From Actinomycetes bacterium (GTDB lineage: Bacteria; Actinomycetota; Acidimicrobiia; Acidimicrobiales; UBA8190), in the NCBI GenBank assembly GCA_021826725.1, contig JAKAYQ010000001.1, positions 1-61,969 on the forward strand: 61,969 bases of DNA, given 5' to 3'. Position numbers and translations under genes: made by a program. Positions 50,842 through 59,782 of this stretch are shown piece after piece. The notes below the pieces were generated by a model. It searched no databases. It was not told the DNA's origin and was given only the letters and a program-made list of their open reading frames with translations. Position 1 is the stretch's first letter. Each line of letters starts with the position of its first letter.

Positions 50842-50899
50842 ACGGTTCATCGCAAGAGGGGCCGAGCCCGGCGGGGCGGGAAGGGGTCCCGCCCCCAGG

Positions 50900-51721
50900 T
50901 CACGGTGCGCTCGTCGTCGGCGCAGCACCATGGGCCGGTGCCGGTGCCACCTTGGGCGTGCTGGCCGCTTCGGCCTCGGCTTTTGCGAGCGCGGACTGCG
51001 CCGCCTTGGCGTCGGCGGCGGGGGGGCCGAGAGCGAGATAACGGCGCAGCTCGGAGATGGCAGCGCCGGGGTCGCCGGTCCCCAGGCGCACCAGGCCGAG
51101 CAGCAGGTGGGGGTCGGGGTAGGAGGGGTCGGCCCGCTCGGCCGCCTGGAGGGAGGCGACGCCGCGGGCCAGCAGCGACGGGCTCTTGGAGGCCACCCCG
51201 GCGTTGGCGACGATCCACCCCAAGTAGGCGAGCGCCTCGGGCTCGTTGGGTTGGGCGGCGAGGACCGCCTCGAACAGCTTGACCGCTTGCAGCTCGTCGC
51301 CTCGCACCAGGTCGCCCTGGGCGTCGACCAGCTCGTTGCCGATCGCCGGAGGAAGCGACCCGGTGAGGGTCTGGGTGGGCAGGCGGTTCCCGGCGGAGCC
51401 GTCGACGACGAGCCCCGCACCGAGGGCCGCGCCGGCCACAGCCAGGGCGATGAGCGCCCGGCGGGCACGGCGACGCCTGACGGTCGGGCGGGGCGCTTCG
51501 CCTCGGCCCGTCTCCTCTACTGGTTCGCTGTCGGTGGCGGCGAGGGCCGCCAGGACGTCCACCGCTCGGCGTTCGTAGCCAGCCCGCAGCGCCACGTAGT
51601 CCTCGTCGGTGAGGTCGCCGGCCGCCCGCTCGGCCTCCAGGTCGTCCAAGGAGGCGAGCAGGAAGCGGCGCTCGTCGTCCAGGCGAGCGACCCCCTCGTC
51701 GAGGGCCGGCGCCTCAGCCAC
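50900..51721 (-). CDS. TPR-containing CcmI/CycH-like cytochrome c maturation accessory protein
   Basis: TM anchor after an acidic helix, then TPR-like repeats (...AVKLFEAVLAAQPNEPEALAYLGW...DPHLLLGLVRLGTGD...). GTG start overlaps the ccmH stop by 8 nt. Confidence 0.55.
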   Translation of the reverse strand: MAEAPALDEGVARLDDERRFLLASLDDLEAERAAGDLTDEDYVALRAGYERRAVDVLAALAATDSEPVEETGRGEAPRPTVRRRRARRALIALAVAGAALGAGLVVDGSAGNRLPTQTLTGSLPPAIGNELVDAQGDLVRGDELQAVKLFEAVLAAQPNEPEALAYLGWIVANAGVASKSPSLLARGVASLQAAERADPSYPDPHLLLGLVRLGTGDPGAAISELRRYLALGPPAADAKAAQSALAKAEAEAASTPKVAPAPAHGAAPTTSAP

Positions 51722-52229
51722 GACGCGCCCGGTCCAACAAGGCGCGCTCTTTGTCGCTGAGCGGCGCCGCCGGGGCCGGCCGCCAGCGCCGGAACGCCAC
51801 CGCCAAGCCGGCAATCGCCGCCACCGCGGCGCCGACCGGCAGCAGCCACACCAGCCCGGTCAGCCCCCCCGCCGGTGGCCGCAGCAAGATCCCCGGGCCG
51901 TAGCGGCTCTCGAGGTAGGCCTCGATCTCCCCCTGGCTCTGCCCGGCGAGGAGGCGCTGGCGGATGGTGGCGCGCACCGCTGCGGCGGTCTCCGTCGCCG
52001 AGTGGTCCGCCGTCTCGTCCTGGCAGGAGGGGCAGCGGACCTGGTTGGCGATGGCGGCCACCTGCTGGTCGAGGCTCTGGGGGTGGTGGCCGGCGAGGGC
52101 GTCGTAGCCGAAAGCGACACCGAGGGCGGCGGCCATCGCCAGCCACACCAGGCCGAGCCGCCACCGCCGAGCACCCTTGCGGGCGAACCGGGTGACCCGG
52201 GGGTTAGCGGGCGCGGATTCCTCGCCCAT
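51714..52229 (-). CDS. ccmH: cytochrome c-type biogenesis protein CcmH
   Basis: ...IANQVRCPSCQDETADHS... (LRCxxC motif) plus a C-terminal TM segment. Confidence 0.85.
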   Translation of the reverse strand: MGEESAPANPRVTRFARKGARRWRLGLVWLAMAAALGVAFGYDALAGHHPQSLDQQVAAIANQVRCPSCQDETADHSATETAAAVRATIRQRLLAGQSQGEIEAYLESRYGPGILLRPPAGGLTGLVWLLPVGAAVAAIAGLAVAFRRWRPAPAAPLSDKERALLDRARRG

Positions 52230-52230
52230 C

Positions 52231-54213
52231 TCAGTCCGGTCCGGCCGCGGCCAGGGCCGGTTCGGGCACCGCCTCGGCGCCGCCGGGGAGAGACGCCGGG
52301 GCGGTCGGGCGGCGCCGTCGGCCGGGGAAGGCGGCCAGCGCCGCGCCGAGGCCCATCACGCCGCCGCCGACCCACAGCCAGACGATGAGGGGTTGGACGA
52401 CGACGCCGATCACCGTCGGCCCGTGGCCGACCGGGCTCGAGTCGAGGGTCAAGTAGACGTCTTGGGTGGGCCCCGAGTCGATCGCCGGGGTGCCGATGCC
52501 CTCGGAGCCGAAGCTGAACACGCTGATGGCCGGGTAGAGGACCGGCCCGCCGTCGAGGCGCAGCTCCGCCTCGAGGGCGCGGCGGTTCGAGAAGTTGCGG
52601 GTGCGGGTGCCGAGGTAGGTGACGCTGTGGCCGTCGAAGCGGGCCGACTGGCCCGGCCGCAGGGAGAGCTGGCCTCGCTGGCCGTAGGCGGCGCTCGCCG
52701 CGAAGGCGACCGCCATGATCGCGACCCCGAGGTGGACGACCATCCCGCCGTTCACCCGGCCGACAAGCCCCCGAAAGCCCCGCTGGCGGGCAGACAGGGC
52801 GAGCTGGCGAAGCGCCGAGACGGCCACCACCGCGCCGAGCCCGAAGGCGGCCACCGCCGCCACGTCATGGAGGCCCGCGGCGCTCGTGGCGACGACGGTC
52901 GCCACCCCGGCCGCCGCCGGCCAGCGCATACGGTGCAAGAGCACCGAGGCGCTCGCCTTGCGCCAGGGCAAGGCCGGGGCGACCGCCATCAAGAACAGCA
53001 GGGCGAGCACGATCGGTGCGGTCATGGTGTCGAAGTACGGTGCGCCGACCGACACCGTCTGGTGGTGGAGCGCCTCGACCACGAGGGGGAAGACGGTGCC
53101 GAGGAGCACCACGAAGGCGAAGGCCCCGAAGGCCAGGTTGTTGGCGAGGAAGGCACCCTCTCGCGACAGGGCTGAGTCGATGGACCCGGGCGAGCGCAGC
53201 TGCTCGCCCCGCCAGACGATGAGCCCGACCCCGCCCAGAAGGACGGCTCCGAAGAAGCCGAGGATGACCGGCCCGACCGACGAGGTGCTGAAGGAGTGCA
53301 CCGACTCGATCACCCCCGAGCGGGTGAGGAAGGTGCCGAAGATGGTGAGGGCGAAGGTGGCGAGCACGAGGGAGAGGTTCCACACCCGCAGCATCCCCCG
53401 GCGCTCCTGCACCATCACCGAGTGCAAGAACGCAGTGCCAGTCAGCCAGGGCAGGAGCGCGGCGTTCTCGACGGGGTCCCAGGACCAGTAGCCGCCCCAG
53501 CCGAGCACCTCGTAGGACCAGAACGCCCCGAGGACGAGGCCAAGGGTGAGGAACCCCCAGGCGAACAGCGTCCAGCGCCGCGTCTCGACCAGCCAGCCCT
53601 CGCCCACCCGACCCGTGACCAAGGCGGCCACCGCGAACATGAACGGCACGGTGAAGCCGACAAAACCCAGGTAGAGCATCGGGGGGTGGAAGGCGACAAC
53701 CGGGTTGTCCTGGAGCAACGGGTTCGGGCCCGGGCCGTTGGTCGGCACCGCACCGGCGACCGTGCGGAACGGGTCGGCCGCGCCCACCAGCAGCAGCCCG
53801 AAGAAGAAGGCGGCCACCGCCAGACCGACGAGCGTCGCCCACGCCACCAACGGGTCGGTGGCCCGTCGACGGAAGTGCCAGGCGACCGCGGCCAGGTAGC
53901 CGGCCAGGATCAGCGTCCACAACAACAGCGAGCCCTGCAACGCCGACCACATGCCGGTGATCCGGAACAGAAGCGGCGTGCCGAGCCCGTCGTTCTGTGC
54001 CACGTACGCGAGGGAGAAGTCCCGGGTGACAAAAGCGTGCTCCATCGCCCCCGCGGCCGCCGCGGCCGCCAGCAGCACGAGCCAGGGGTAGCTCTGCCCG
54101 GCGCGCAGCAAGCTCGGCTTCCCCCGGGCAAGGCCCCACCCGAGGACGCCGATCCCAACGAGGGACCCCACCAAGCCGAGAACCACCGCCGAGTGGCCGA
54201 CCGCCGCGTTCAT
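52231..54213 (-). CDS. ccmF: cytochrome c heme lyase subunit CcmF
   Basis: WWD motif WGGYWSWDPVENAALLPW. Conserved His-containing helices. About 15 TM segments. 660 aa. Confidence 0.9.
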   Translation of the reverse strand: MNAAVGHSAVVLGLVGSLVGIGVLGWGLARGKPSLLRAGQSYPWLVLLAAAAAAGAMEHAFVTRDFSLAYVAQNDGLGTPLLFRITGMWSALQGSLLLWTLILAGYLAAVAWHFRRRATDPLVAWATLVGLAVAAFFFGLLLVGAADPFRTVAGAVPTNGPGPNPLLQDNPVVAFHPPMLYLGFVGFTVPFMFAVAALVTGRVGEGWLVETRRWTLFAWGFLTLGLVLGAFWSYEVLGWGGYWSWDPVENAALLPWLTGTAFLHSVMVQERRGMLRVWNLSLVLATFALTIFGTFLTRSGVIESVHSFSTSSVGPVILGFFGAVLLGGVGLIVWRGEQLRSPGSIDSALSREGAFLANNLAFGAFAFVVLLGTVFPLVVEALHHQTVSVGAPYFDTMTAPIVLALLFLMAVAPALPWRKASASVLLHRMRWPAAAGVATVVATSAAGLHDVAAVAAFGLGAVVAVSALRQLALSARQRGFRGLVGRVNGGMVVHLGVAIMAVAFAASAAYGQRGQLSLRPGQSARFDGHSVTYLGTRTRNFSNRRALEAELRLDGGPVLYPAISVFSFGSEGIGTPAIDSGPTQDVYLTLDSSPVGHGPTVIGVVVQPLIVWLWVGGGVMGLGAALAAFPGRRRRPTAPASLPGGAEAVPEPALAAAGPD

Positions 54214-54473
54214 CGCCGAGCCAGCCCGGGCGCGCCTTCGACCCCAAGTCCCGAGCCGTCACGTCGGCGCCGGCCGTGCCACCTGCACCGACCGCTCGTT
54301 CGCCACGATCGCCCGGTCGCCGTCGAGGGGCACCCCCGGTTCTTGGCGCCCAGGAGCGCCACGAAGCTGCTCACCGCCTCGCCGCCCGGGGGCCGTACAA
54401 CCAGAAGCCGCGTCCCTCCGCCGGTGCACCCGGCGGGAAAGCCGGGCGTGGTCTCGCCCGCGCGCGCCGTCAC
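54210..54473 (-). pseudogene. short ORF in the position usually held by ccmE; coding signal switches frame mid-way (possible decayed gene)
   Basis: ATGA overlap with the ccmF start. The first ~45 codons of this frame and the last ~24 codons of the 54259..54492 frame each show good GC3. No CcmE HxxxY motif seen. Confidence 0.3.
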
Positions 54474-54569
54474 GCTCTGTCCTCAGTTTCATACACTCGC
54501 TCGGGTCGTCCTGTTCGTGGTTCGGTGTTGTCGGGGCGGCGGGCCACCGCGATGCTCGCGGCCAGCTCC

Positions 54570-54586
54570 TGCGACAAGGTGTAGTA
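54570..54586. promoter_or_regulatory. dyad TGCGAC-AAGGT-GTAGTA (candidate BlaI-family operator, site 6 of 6)
   Basis: Lies in the divergent region between the ccmF block and 54598 (+). Overlaps the inverted repeat CAAGGT-N5-ACCTTG. Confidence 0.5.
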
Positions 54587-54597
54587 CCTTGGCCTGC

Positions 54598-55299
54598 GTG
54601 GAGGCAAGTCCGAGCGAGGCCGCGGGCACCGCCGTCGAAGCGGGCCCGTCTGGGCCTGCGGACGGCGCCGCAGTCGCCCGCTCGGGAGGGTCAGCGCCGC
54701 GGAGGCGCCGCCCCCGGTGGTGGGCGGTGGCGATCGGGCTCGCCCTCAGCGCGACCGCCGTCGCCCTCGTGGTCGACCCGAGCCTGGTGAAGACCTCCGG
54801 ACCTGCCAGCGCCGGCCCGAAGCTCGTCACCTTCGGGGGCGGGGCCGCCCCGGGATTCGCTCTGGCCGAGCTCAGCGACTCTTCGGCGACCCTCAGCCTT
54901 GTCCAGCTGCGGGGGCGGCCGGTGCTCGTCAACTTCTGGGCGTCGTGGTGCGTCCCGTGCCGCAAGGAAGCACCCCTGCTCGAGGCTGCCTACCGCCGGG
55001 TCGGCGGCCGGGTCGCCTTCGTGGGCGTGGACACCAACGACACCCGCGCCGCGGCGCTGTCGTTCTTGCACCAGTTCGGCGTCACCTACCCCTCGGTGTA
55101 CGACCCCCACGGCACCGCCGCCACCGCATACGGGCTCTTCGGGTTGCCGACCACCGTGTTCGTGTCCCCAAAGGGCCGGATCCTCGAACGCAACATCGGC
55201 GCGCTCAGCTCGGGTTCTCTCGCCCAAGGGATCGCCTTGCTGCTGCGCTCGGGGCAACACCCGACTTCCACGAGGCGCCACGTTCCCGGCGGGTCGTAG
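54598..55299 (+). CDS. CcmG/DsbE/TlpA-like thiol-disulfide oxidoreductase
   Basis: TM anchor (WWAVAIGLALSATAVALVV). ...PVLVNFWASWCVPCRKEAP...GLPTTVFV... GTG start uncertain. Confidence 0.8.
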   Translation: MEASPSEAAGTAVEAGPSGPADGAAVARSGGSAPRRRRPRWWAVAIGLALSATAVALVVDPSLVKTSGPASAGPKLVTFGGGAAPGFALAELSDSSATLSLVQLRGRPVLVNFWASWCVPCRKEAPLLEAAYRRVGGRVAFVGVDTNDTRAAALSFLHQFGVTYPSVYDPHGTAATAYGLFGLPTTVFVSPKGRILERNIGALSSGSLAQGIALLLRSGQHPTSTRRHVPGGS

Positions 55300-55415
55300 C
55301 GCCCCGCCGAGGTCGCAGCGCCCCGCGACAAGCTTGTCCGGGTGGGAGCGGCGGTGCTGCGGCGGCGCCGTACCGCAACCGAAGGCGCCGCCTCATCCAC
55401 CCCGGTGGTGGCCTC

Positions 55416-56690
55416 TCACTGCGTGGTGTGGTGTGGGGGCTCGTGACAGCGCTGTCGGGCTCGGGGGCCGCCGGCGGCCAACAGGTGCAACGAGACGGTG
55501 AGCGCTCCGGTGGCGTCGCAGGCCTGGTGGATGTCGTTCTCGGCGAAGACGTACCCGCCGCCGGGCGGCGCCAGCTGCTCGTCGACTTGGACCAGGCGGT
55601 CCGGGCACGAGCCGGCGTAGCGGCGGTTGCGCTCGACGCCGACCGCGGTGGCTGCCGCCCCCCAGCTGGTGTGGTCGTGCGGGGGAGTGCACCCGCCCCT
55701 CCGGGTTCGCACCGCGGCGAGGGTCCATCCCGCCGGGTCGTCGTGCACGCATACGACGCTGTAATCCTCGCCGGGCTCGCCATCGGCCAGCTCGCGGGGA
55801 AGCGGGACGCTGCTGGCGAAGCCGACCAGACGGTCGAGGACCTGGCGGCGACCTGCGGGTCCGGCGTCGGGGGCCGCCAGCGGCCCTATGCGGTCTACCA
55901 GGCGGGCCAGGGTGGCCTCGAAGAGGGCGGGGCGCAGGCGCACCCATTCGCTGTCCCCGCTCAGCGCCAGGCGTCGGGCCAGAACAGGGTTGTCGGGCTG
56001 CTGGCTGGCATGGCAGGAGATCGCCGTCCACTGGCGGGCCCGGTCTACCGGTATGACGACCACACCGGGGTCGGAAGGGTCGAGACCCGAGATCGGCACG
56101 GCGAACTCGTCGCGCAAGGCGGCGGCAACCGGGTCGGGGACGCCCCATTCGACCACCAGCAGGCCGTGGCGTGCCGCCACCTCGGCGGCGACCCGGCTGG
56201 CGGTCTGGTGGTCAGGGTGGCCGGTGATACCGCTCGGCTCCAGCACCACCACCGCGCCTGCGTCACCCAGCTCGGCCTCGACTCGCGCCGCCAAGGCCTC
56301 GGGGTGCTGCGAGCGGAGCGACCCGTCGGGCCAGTCGTCGAGCACGGCGTCGGTCACGCCGAGGCGCTCGGCGGCGCAGGACAGCTCGGCGGAGCGCACC
56401 GCGGCGAGATCATCCGACGGGCCCAGCGTAGAGGCCTCCCCGCGGGTCAAGCACAGCACCCGCACCCGCCGATCGGAGCCGGCCAGGGCGGCGAGCAGGC
56501 CGCCGAGACCGAAGCTCTCGTCGTCGGGATGGGCCACCACCGCCAGCACCTCGGTCACCCCACTCAGAGCGGCGACCCACCTCGATGGCCAAGCCGGCGT
56601 GCCAGGCGCGCCCGGTGCCACCGGATAGCCCGGCGAGGCGCCCGAGCCCGCCGCGTCCCCCGTCGCTGACTGGTAGCTGTCGATCGACAT
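55416..56690 (-). CDS. PIG-L/LmbE-family deacetylase fused to a cupin cysteine-dioxygenase-like domain
   Basis: AAGGAGAG SD plus ATG 56690. VLAVVAHPDDESFG and ...GHPDH... (PIG-L). C-terminal ...GGCTPPHDHTSWG...VFAENDIHQ... (cupin). Confidence 0.7.
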   Translation of the reverse strand: MSIDSYQSATGDAAGSGASPGYPVAPGAPGTPAWPSRWVAALSGVTEVLAVVAHPDDESFGLGGLLAALAGSDRRVRVLCLTRGEASTLGPSDDLAAVRSAELSCAAERLGVTDAVLDDWPDGSLRSQHPEALAARVEAELGDAGAVVVLEPSGITGHPDHQTASRVAAEVAARHGLLVVEWGVPDPVAAALRDEFAVPISGLDPSDPGVVVIPVDRARQWTAISCHASQQPDNPVLARRLALSGDSEWVRLRPALFEATLARLVDRIGPLAAPDAGPAGRRQVLDRLVGFASSVPLPRELADGEPGEDYSVVCVHDDPAGWTLAAVRTRRGGCTPPHDHTSWGAAATAVGVERNRRYAGSCPDRLVQVDEQLAPPGGGYVFAENDIHQACDATGALTVSLHLLAAGGPRARQRCHEPPHHTTQ

Positions 56691-56998
56691 GTCTCTCCTT
56701 TCTGGAGATGCTCCCTTCGTCCGAGCCCCCGTCACGATCACCCTCGCGCCGAGATTCGGTTCCGGGCTGGGTTGATGAGCGGAAGGCGCCGGCAGCACCG
56801 GGTCCCGGTAGGAAGCGTCATCTGTGCCGCCAGGCTCCGAGCAGGGGACGGTCGCCGCCCCTTCCACTGCCCCGAGGGTCCCGAGAGCGTCGCTGGCGCC
56901 CATGCCCTGGGTCACCACCTCTCCTCGAGTGGTGCCGCGGCCTACCCGCTGTGTCACCGCCTCTGTCGTCGAGGAGCTCACCACCAGACAGGGGACCG

Positions 56999-57793
56999 TC
57001 ATGAGACGACAAGGGTGCCGGTCATGCCCGCCGCAGCGTGGCCGGGGACCGGGCAGAGGTAGTGGTAGGTGCCGGCCTGGGCGGTGAAGCTCGCTCTGCG
57101 GGTGTAGTAGTTCGCGGTCGTGGTGTCCTTCTCGGTGCGCGGGGGGAGCGGCATCAGAAAGAAGGTGTCCGTCACGCCGGCCATCGCCATCTCGGGGTAG
57201 GGCGGTGGGGTCGTGGTCAGCTCGAAGCCGTGCATGTAACCCCAGTCGGTGTTCACCAGCACCACCGTCACCTGGGCCCCAGGCGCCACCGAGACCGTCG
57301 GGTTGACCATCCCGTCGATCTCCCAGGTCATGTTGGGCTTTCCGTGCGGCGAAGCCAGCGCCACGAGGGTCACCGAGCGGCCCGTGTAGGCCACGCTGTT
57401 CGCTTTCGTGTCGACGTGGGCTCCCTGCTCGCCCCGGCCCACGAGCGCCAACAAGCCCCCGGCGCTGACCGTGCTGCCGCCACCGCTGCCCCCGCCGCCC
57501 ATCATCGAATAGCCGGAGCCGCCCCCGCCGCCCATCATGTTGGTGCCGCCCATCAGGCCACCAGCGCCGCCCCCCGCCCCGTTGCCTGCCCAGCCGTTGC
57601 CCATCATGGCGCCACCGCCCGGGTACCCCGAGGCGCCAGCACCGCCCGAAGAGGCAGAAGCCGAGGTGACCCGAGCGGCAAGAGCGCCGCCTGCACCCGA
57701 CCTGGCAGCGAAAGCAACCCCTGCCGACAGGGCGGCGGCCAAGCCGAACGCCACCCCACCAACCGCCCAGCGTTTCGTGCCTGCAGTCCTCAT
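56999..57793 (-). CDS. secreted type-1 copper (cupredoxin) protein with a Gly/Met-rich N-terminal region
   Basis: GAGGAGGT SD. Signal peptide MRTAGTKRWAVGGVAFGLAAALSAGVAFA. GGGAMMGNGW...MMGGGGGSGYSMMGGGG. Ligands GYMHGFE and YHYLCPVPGHAAAGM. Confidence 0.8.
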   Translation of the reverse strand: MRTAGTKRWAVGGVAFGLAAALSAGVAFAARSGAGGALAARVTSASASSGGAGASGYPGGGAMMGNGWAGNGAGGGAGGLMGGTNMMGGGGGSGYSMMGGGGSGGGSTVSAGGLLALVGRGEQGAHVDTKANSVAYTGRSVTLVALASPHGKPNMTWEIDGMVNPTVSVAPGAQVTVVLVNTDWGYMHGFELTTTPPPYPEMAMAGVTDTFFLMPLPPRTEKDTTTANYYTRRASFTAQAGTYHYLCPVPGHAAAGMTGTLVVS

Positions 57794-57895
57794 GGTGTTA
57801 CCTCCTCGTCCTCGGTCGCGTGTACCGCGTCTACATCCGAGCGTACCGGGGGGCGGTGAAGGTCCGGCGAAGACCCGGCGTACTCGAAGCGCAGC
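57794..57895 (-). promoter_or_regulatory. cupredoxin leader A; the core 57831-57880 is 80% identical to 60522-60571
   Basis: Ungapped 40/50 identity plus a shared CGAGGAGGT SD block. The conservation is out of frame for the overlapping small ORFs. Confidence 0.6.
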
Positions 57896-57959
57896 TTGCA
57901 AAAGGTGTTCGCCGCCGCCCGGTTTCGGCATTTCACTGGCACGCCGAGAGCTACCTCGA

Positions 57960-59096
57960 TCAGGATCCCAGCCACTCCCGCAGCCGCTCGGCCTCGAAGG
58001 CCTCCTTGCGGGCGTAGGTAGCGGCGTCGGGCTCGGCCATTCTCAGCCGCGGCTTCGGTTGGGCGAAGAACTCGCCCTCGAGCGCGGCGGCTCGCTGACC
58101 GTCGAACTCCAAGAAGCAGTAGCCCGAGCCGTCGTAGGCGGTGCTGCCACCACCGTCGATCTCTGCTGCGATGCTCGACCCCGCAGCCCGCCCGAGCGCC
58201 TCGGCGAAGACTCCCGCCCGGGGAAGGTTCTCGACCGCCGTGCAGTCCCCGACCGCATAGACACCATCGAAGGCGGTGCGGCCCGTCTCGGGGTCAGGCC
58301 AGATCCACCCGTCCTCTCCCGCCAGGGGGCTATTGGCGATCACCTCGGGCGGCACCGCGCCAGGTATGGCAAGCAGCAGGGTGTAGTCGAGGGTGGTCCC
58401 GTCGGCGAACGACGCGAGTCGAGATTCGTGGTCGATCCTCGAGAGCGCTAGCCCGGTGCGCAGGTCGATCCCCTGCCCGGCGAGGCCGTCGGCTACGAGG
58501 TCGTTCACCTCGGGGCCGGCCATCGGCAACGGCGAGGGCATCGGGGTGGTGACCACCACCTCGGTGCGGTCTCCTCGCCCGAGGCGGCGGAGGCGTTCCT
58601 CGACCAAGAATGCCGCCTCGTAGGGGGCGGGCGGGCACACATAGGGCATCCCGAGCACGGCCACGACGACCCGGCCGCTGTCGAGGTGCTCGAGCTCGGA
58701 CCGCATCGCCGGCAGCCGGTCGGGATCGTAGAGATCATGTGCGCCGCGCCCGGCTGCTCCCAGCTTCTCCGTGTCGCCGGCCGCTCCAAGCGCCACGACC
58801 ATGTAGTCCGCGGCGAACGATCCCGCCGACGTCTCGACTGCCCGCTGGGCCGGGTCGATCGCCGCGATGCGGGCGTTGACGAACCCGATGCCCTGGGCGT
58901 CGAGGGCGCCGAGCGGCCTCGTGCCCTGCGCGAGCGGGCGGGTGCCGACAAGGTCCCACACTTTGGCGTAGCCGACGAAGAACCGGTCGTCGTCGGCGAC
59001 GAGGGTGATCTCGTGCTCGGTGTCGAGTCGGCGTCTCAGCTCGTGCGCGGCGGCGAGGCCGCCGAAGCCTCCGCCCAAGATCATCACTTTGGCCAT
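57960..59096 (-). CDS. sulfide:quinone oxidoreductase-like FAD-dependent disulfide oxidoreductase
   Basis: MAKVMILGGGFGGLAAA (FAD GxGxxG). ...MPYVCPPAPYE... ...VYAVGDCT... Confidence 0.7.
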   Translation of the reverse strand: MAKVMILGGGFGGLAAAHELRRRLDTEHEITLVADDDRFFVGYAKVWDLVGTRPLAQGTRPLGALDAQGIGFVNARIAAIDPAQRAVETSAGSFAADYMVVALGAAGDTEKLGAAGRGAHDLYDPDRLPAMRSELEHLDSGRVVVAVLGMPYVCPPAPYEAAFLVEERLRRLGRGDRTEVVVTTPMPSPLPMAGPEVNDLVADGLAGQGIDLRTGLALSRIDHESRLASFADGTTLDYTLLLAIPGAVPPEVIANSPLAGEDGWIWPDPETGRTAFDGVYAVGDCTAVENLPRAGVFAEALGRAAGSSIAAEIDGGGSTAYDGSGYCFLEFDGQRAAALEGEFFAQPKPRLRMAEPDAATYARKEAFEAERLREWLGS

Positions 59097-59183
59097 GTGT
59101 CATCTCCTTGTCGTGGTGTTCTGCGGCCGGGACGCATCGCGCGCCGCTACAGCCTCCGGTCGGGTCGGCCTCAGGGCTGAGAA

Positions 59184-59603
59184 TCAGCGTTTGATTCGCT
59201 GGCCGGCCGGCGCCCAGTCGGCGGGGCGGCCGGTGTGGTTGGAGAACTCCACCGACCACTGCCACCAGCTGTGATCGTCGGAGTGCTGCCACGATTTGAG
59301 GACGCCGACCTCGCCCCCGGCCAGGAGCACCGGCAGGCCGTAGAACTCGTCGTCTGGCCACACCTCACTTCGCTCGATGCGCTCCCCGTCGAGCACGAGC
59401 AGGGTCATCGGCGAATAGTCGCCGTCGCGGTCGAGATCCTGGCGTGCCACCACCGTTCCGTCATCGGCGATCACCTCCAGCGACGCCCGGGCCGGCGCCG
59501 CGTGCACCAGCACCCGGCTGAACCCGCCAGCGGTCGTGCAGCGGGCGAACTCGAGGCCGTTCATGGCGCCGTCGCGGGTTCGCAGGTTCCAGGTCCAGTT
59601 CAT
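59184..59603 (-). CDS. hypothetical protein (139 aa)
   Basis: High GC3. GAGGAGG SD 6 nt before the second ATG (59603). Trp-rich (WQHSDDHSWWQWSVEF). Confidence 0.6.
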   Translation of the reverse strand: MNWTWNLRTRDGAMNGLEFARCTTAGGFSRVLVHAAPARASLEVIADDGTVVARQDLDRDGDYSPMTLLVLDGERIERSEVWPDDEFYGLPVLLAGGEVGVLKSWQHSDDHSWWQWSVEFSNHTGRPADWAPAGQRIKR

Positions 59604-59782
59604 CTGCATCCTCCTCAGTCAGTCCCAGCACGGTCGATCACCGGCTGCTTCGGTTCTTTCCCGGGCGGGGCTCACGATCCCCTTTGCGCCGTCAAGCTCA
59701 GGACGCGCCACGACTCTTCACCTCCGCCACCTCGAGCCAGCTTGACGGTAGGAGCCTGGAACGACCGGGCCCGGGCTGGCGC

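Noticed and set aside
54210-54492. Calling the ORFs upstream of ccmF as ccmE.
   Set aside because: At about 90 codons they are too short. No TM anchor or HxxxY heme-binding motif is seen, and the coding signal is split between two frames. This is reported only as a possible remnant.
57790-57975. Small ORFs 57790..57975 and 60515..60745 overlapping the conserved cupredoxin leaders.
   Set aside because: The conserved DNA core is read in different frames in the two ORFs and the peptides are dissimilar. The conservation is therefore at the nucleotide level.
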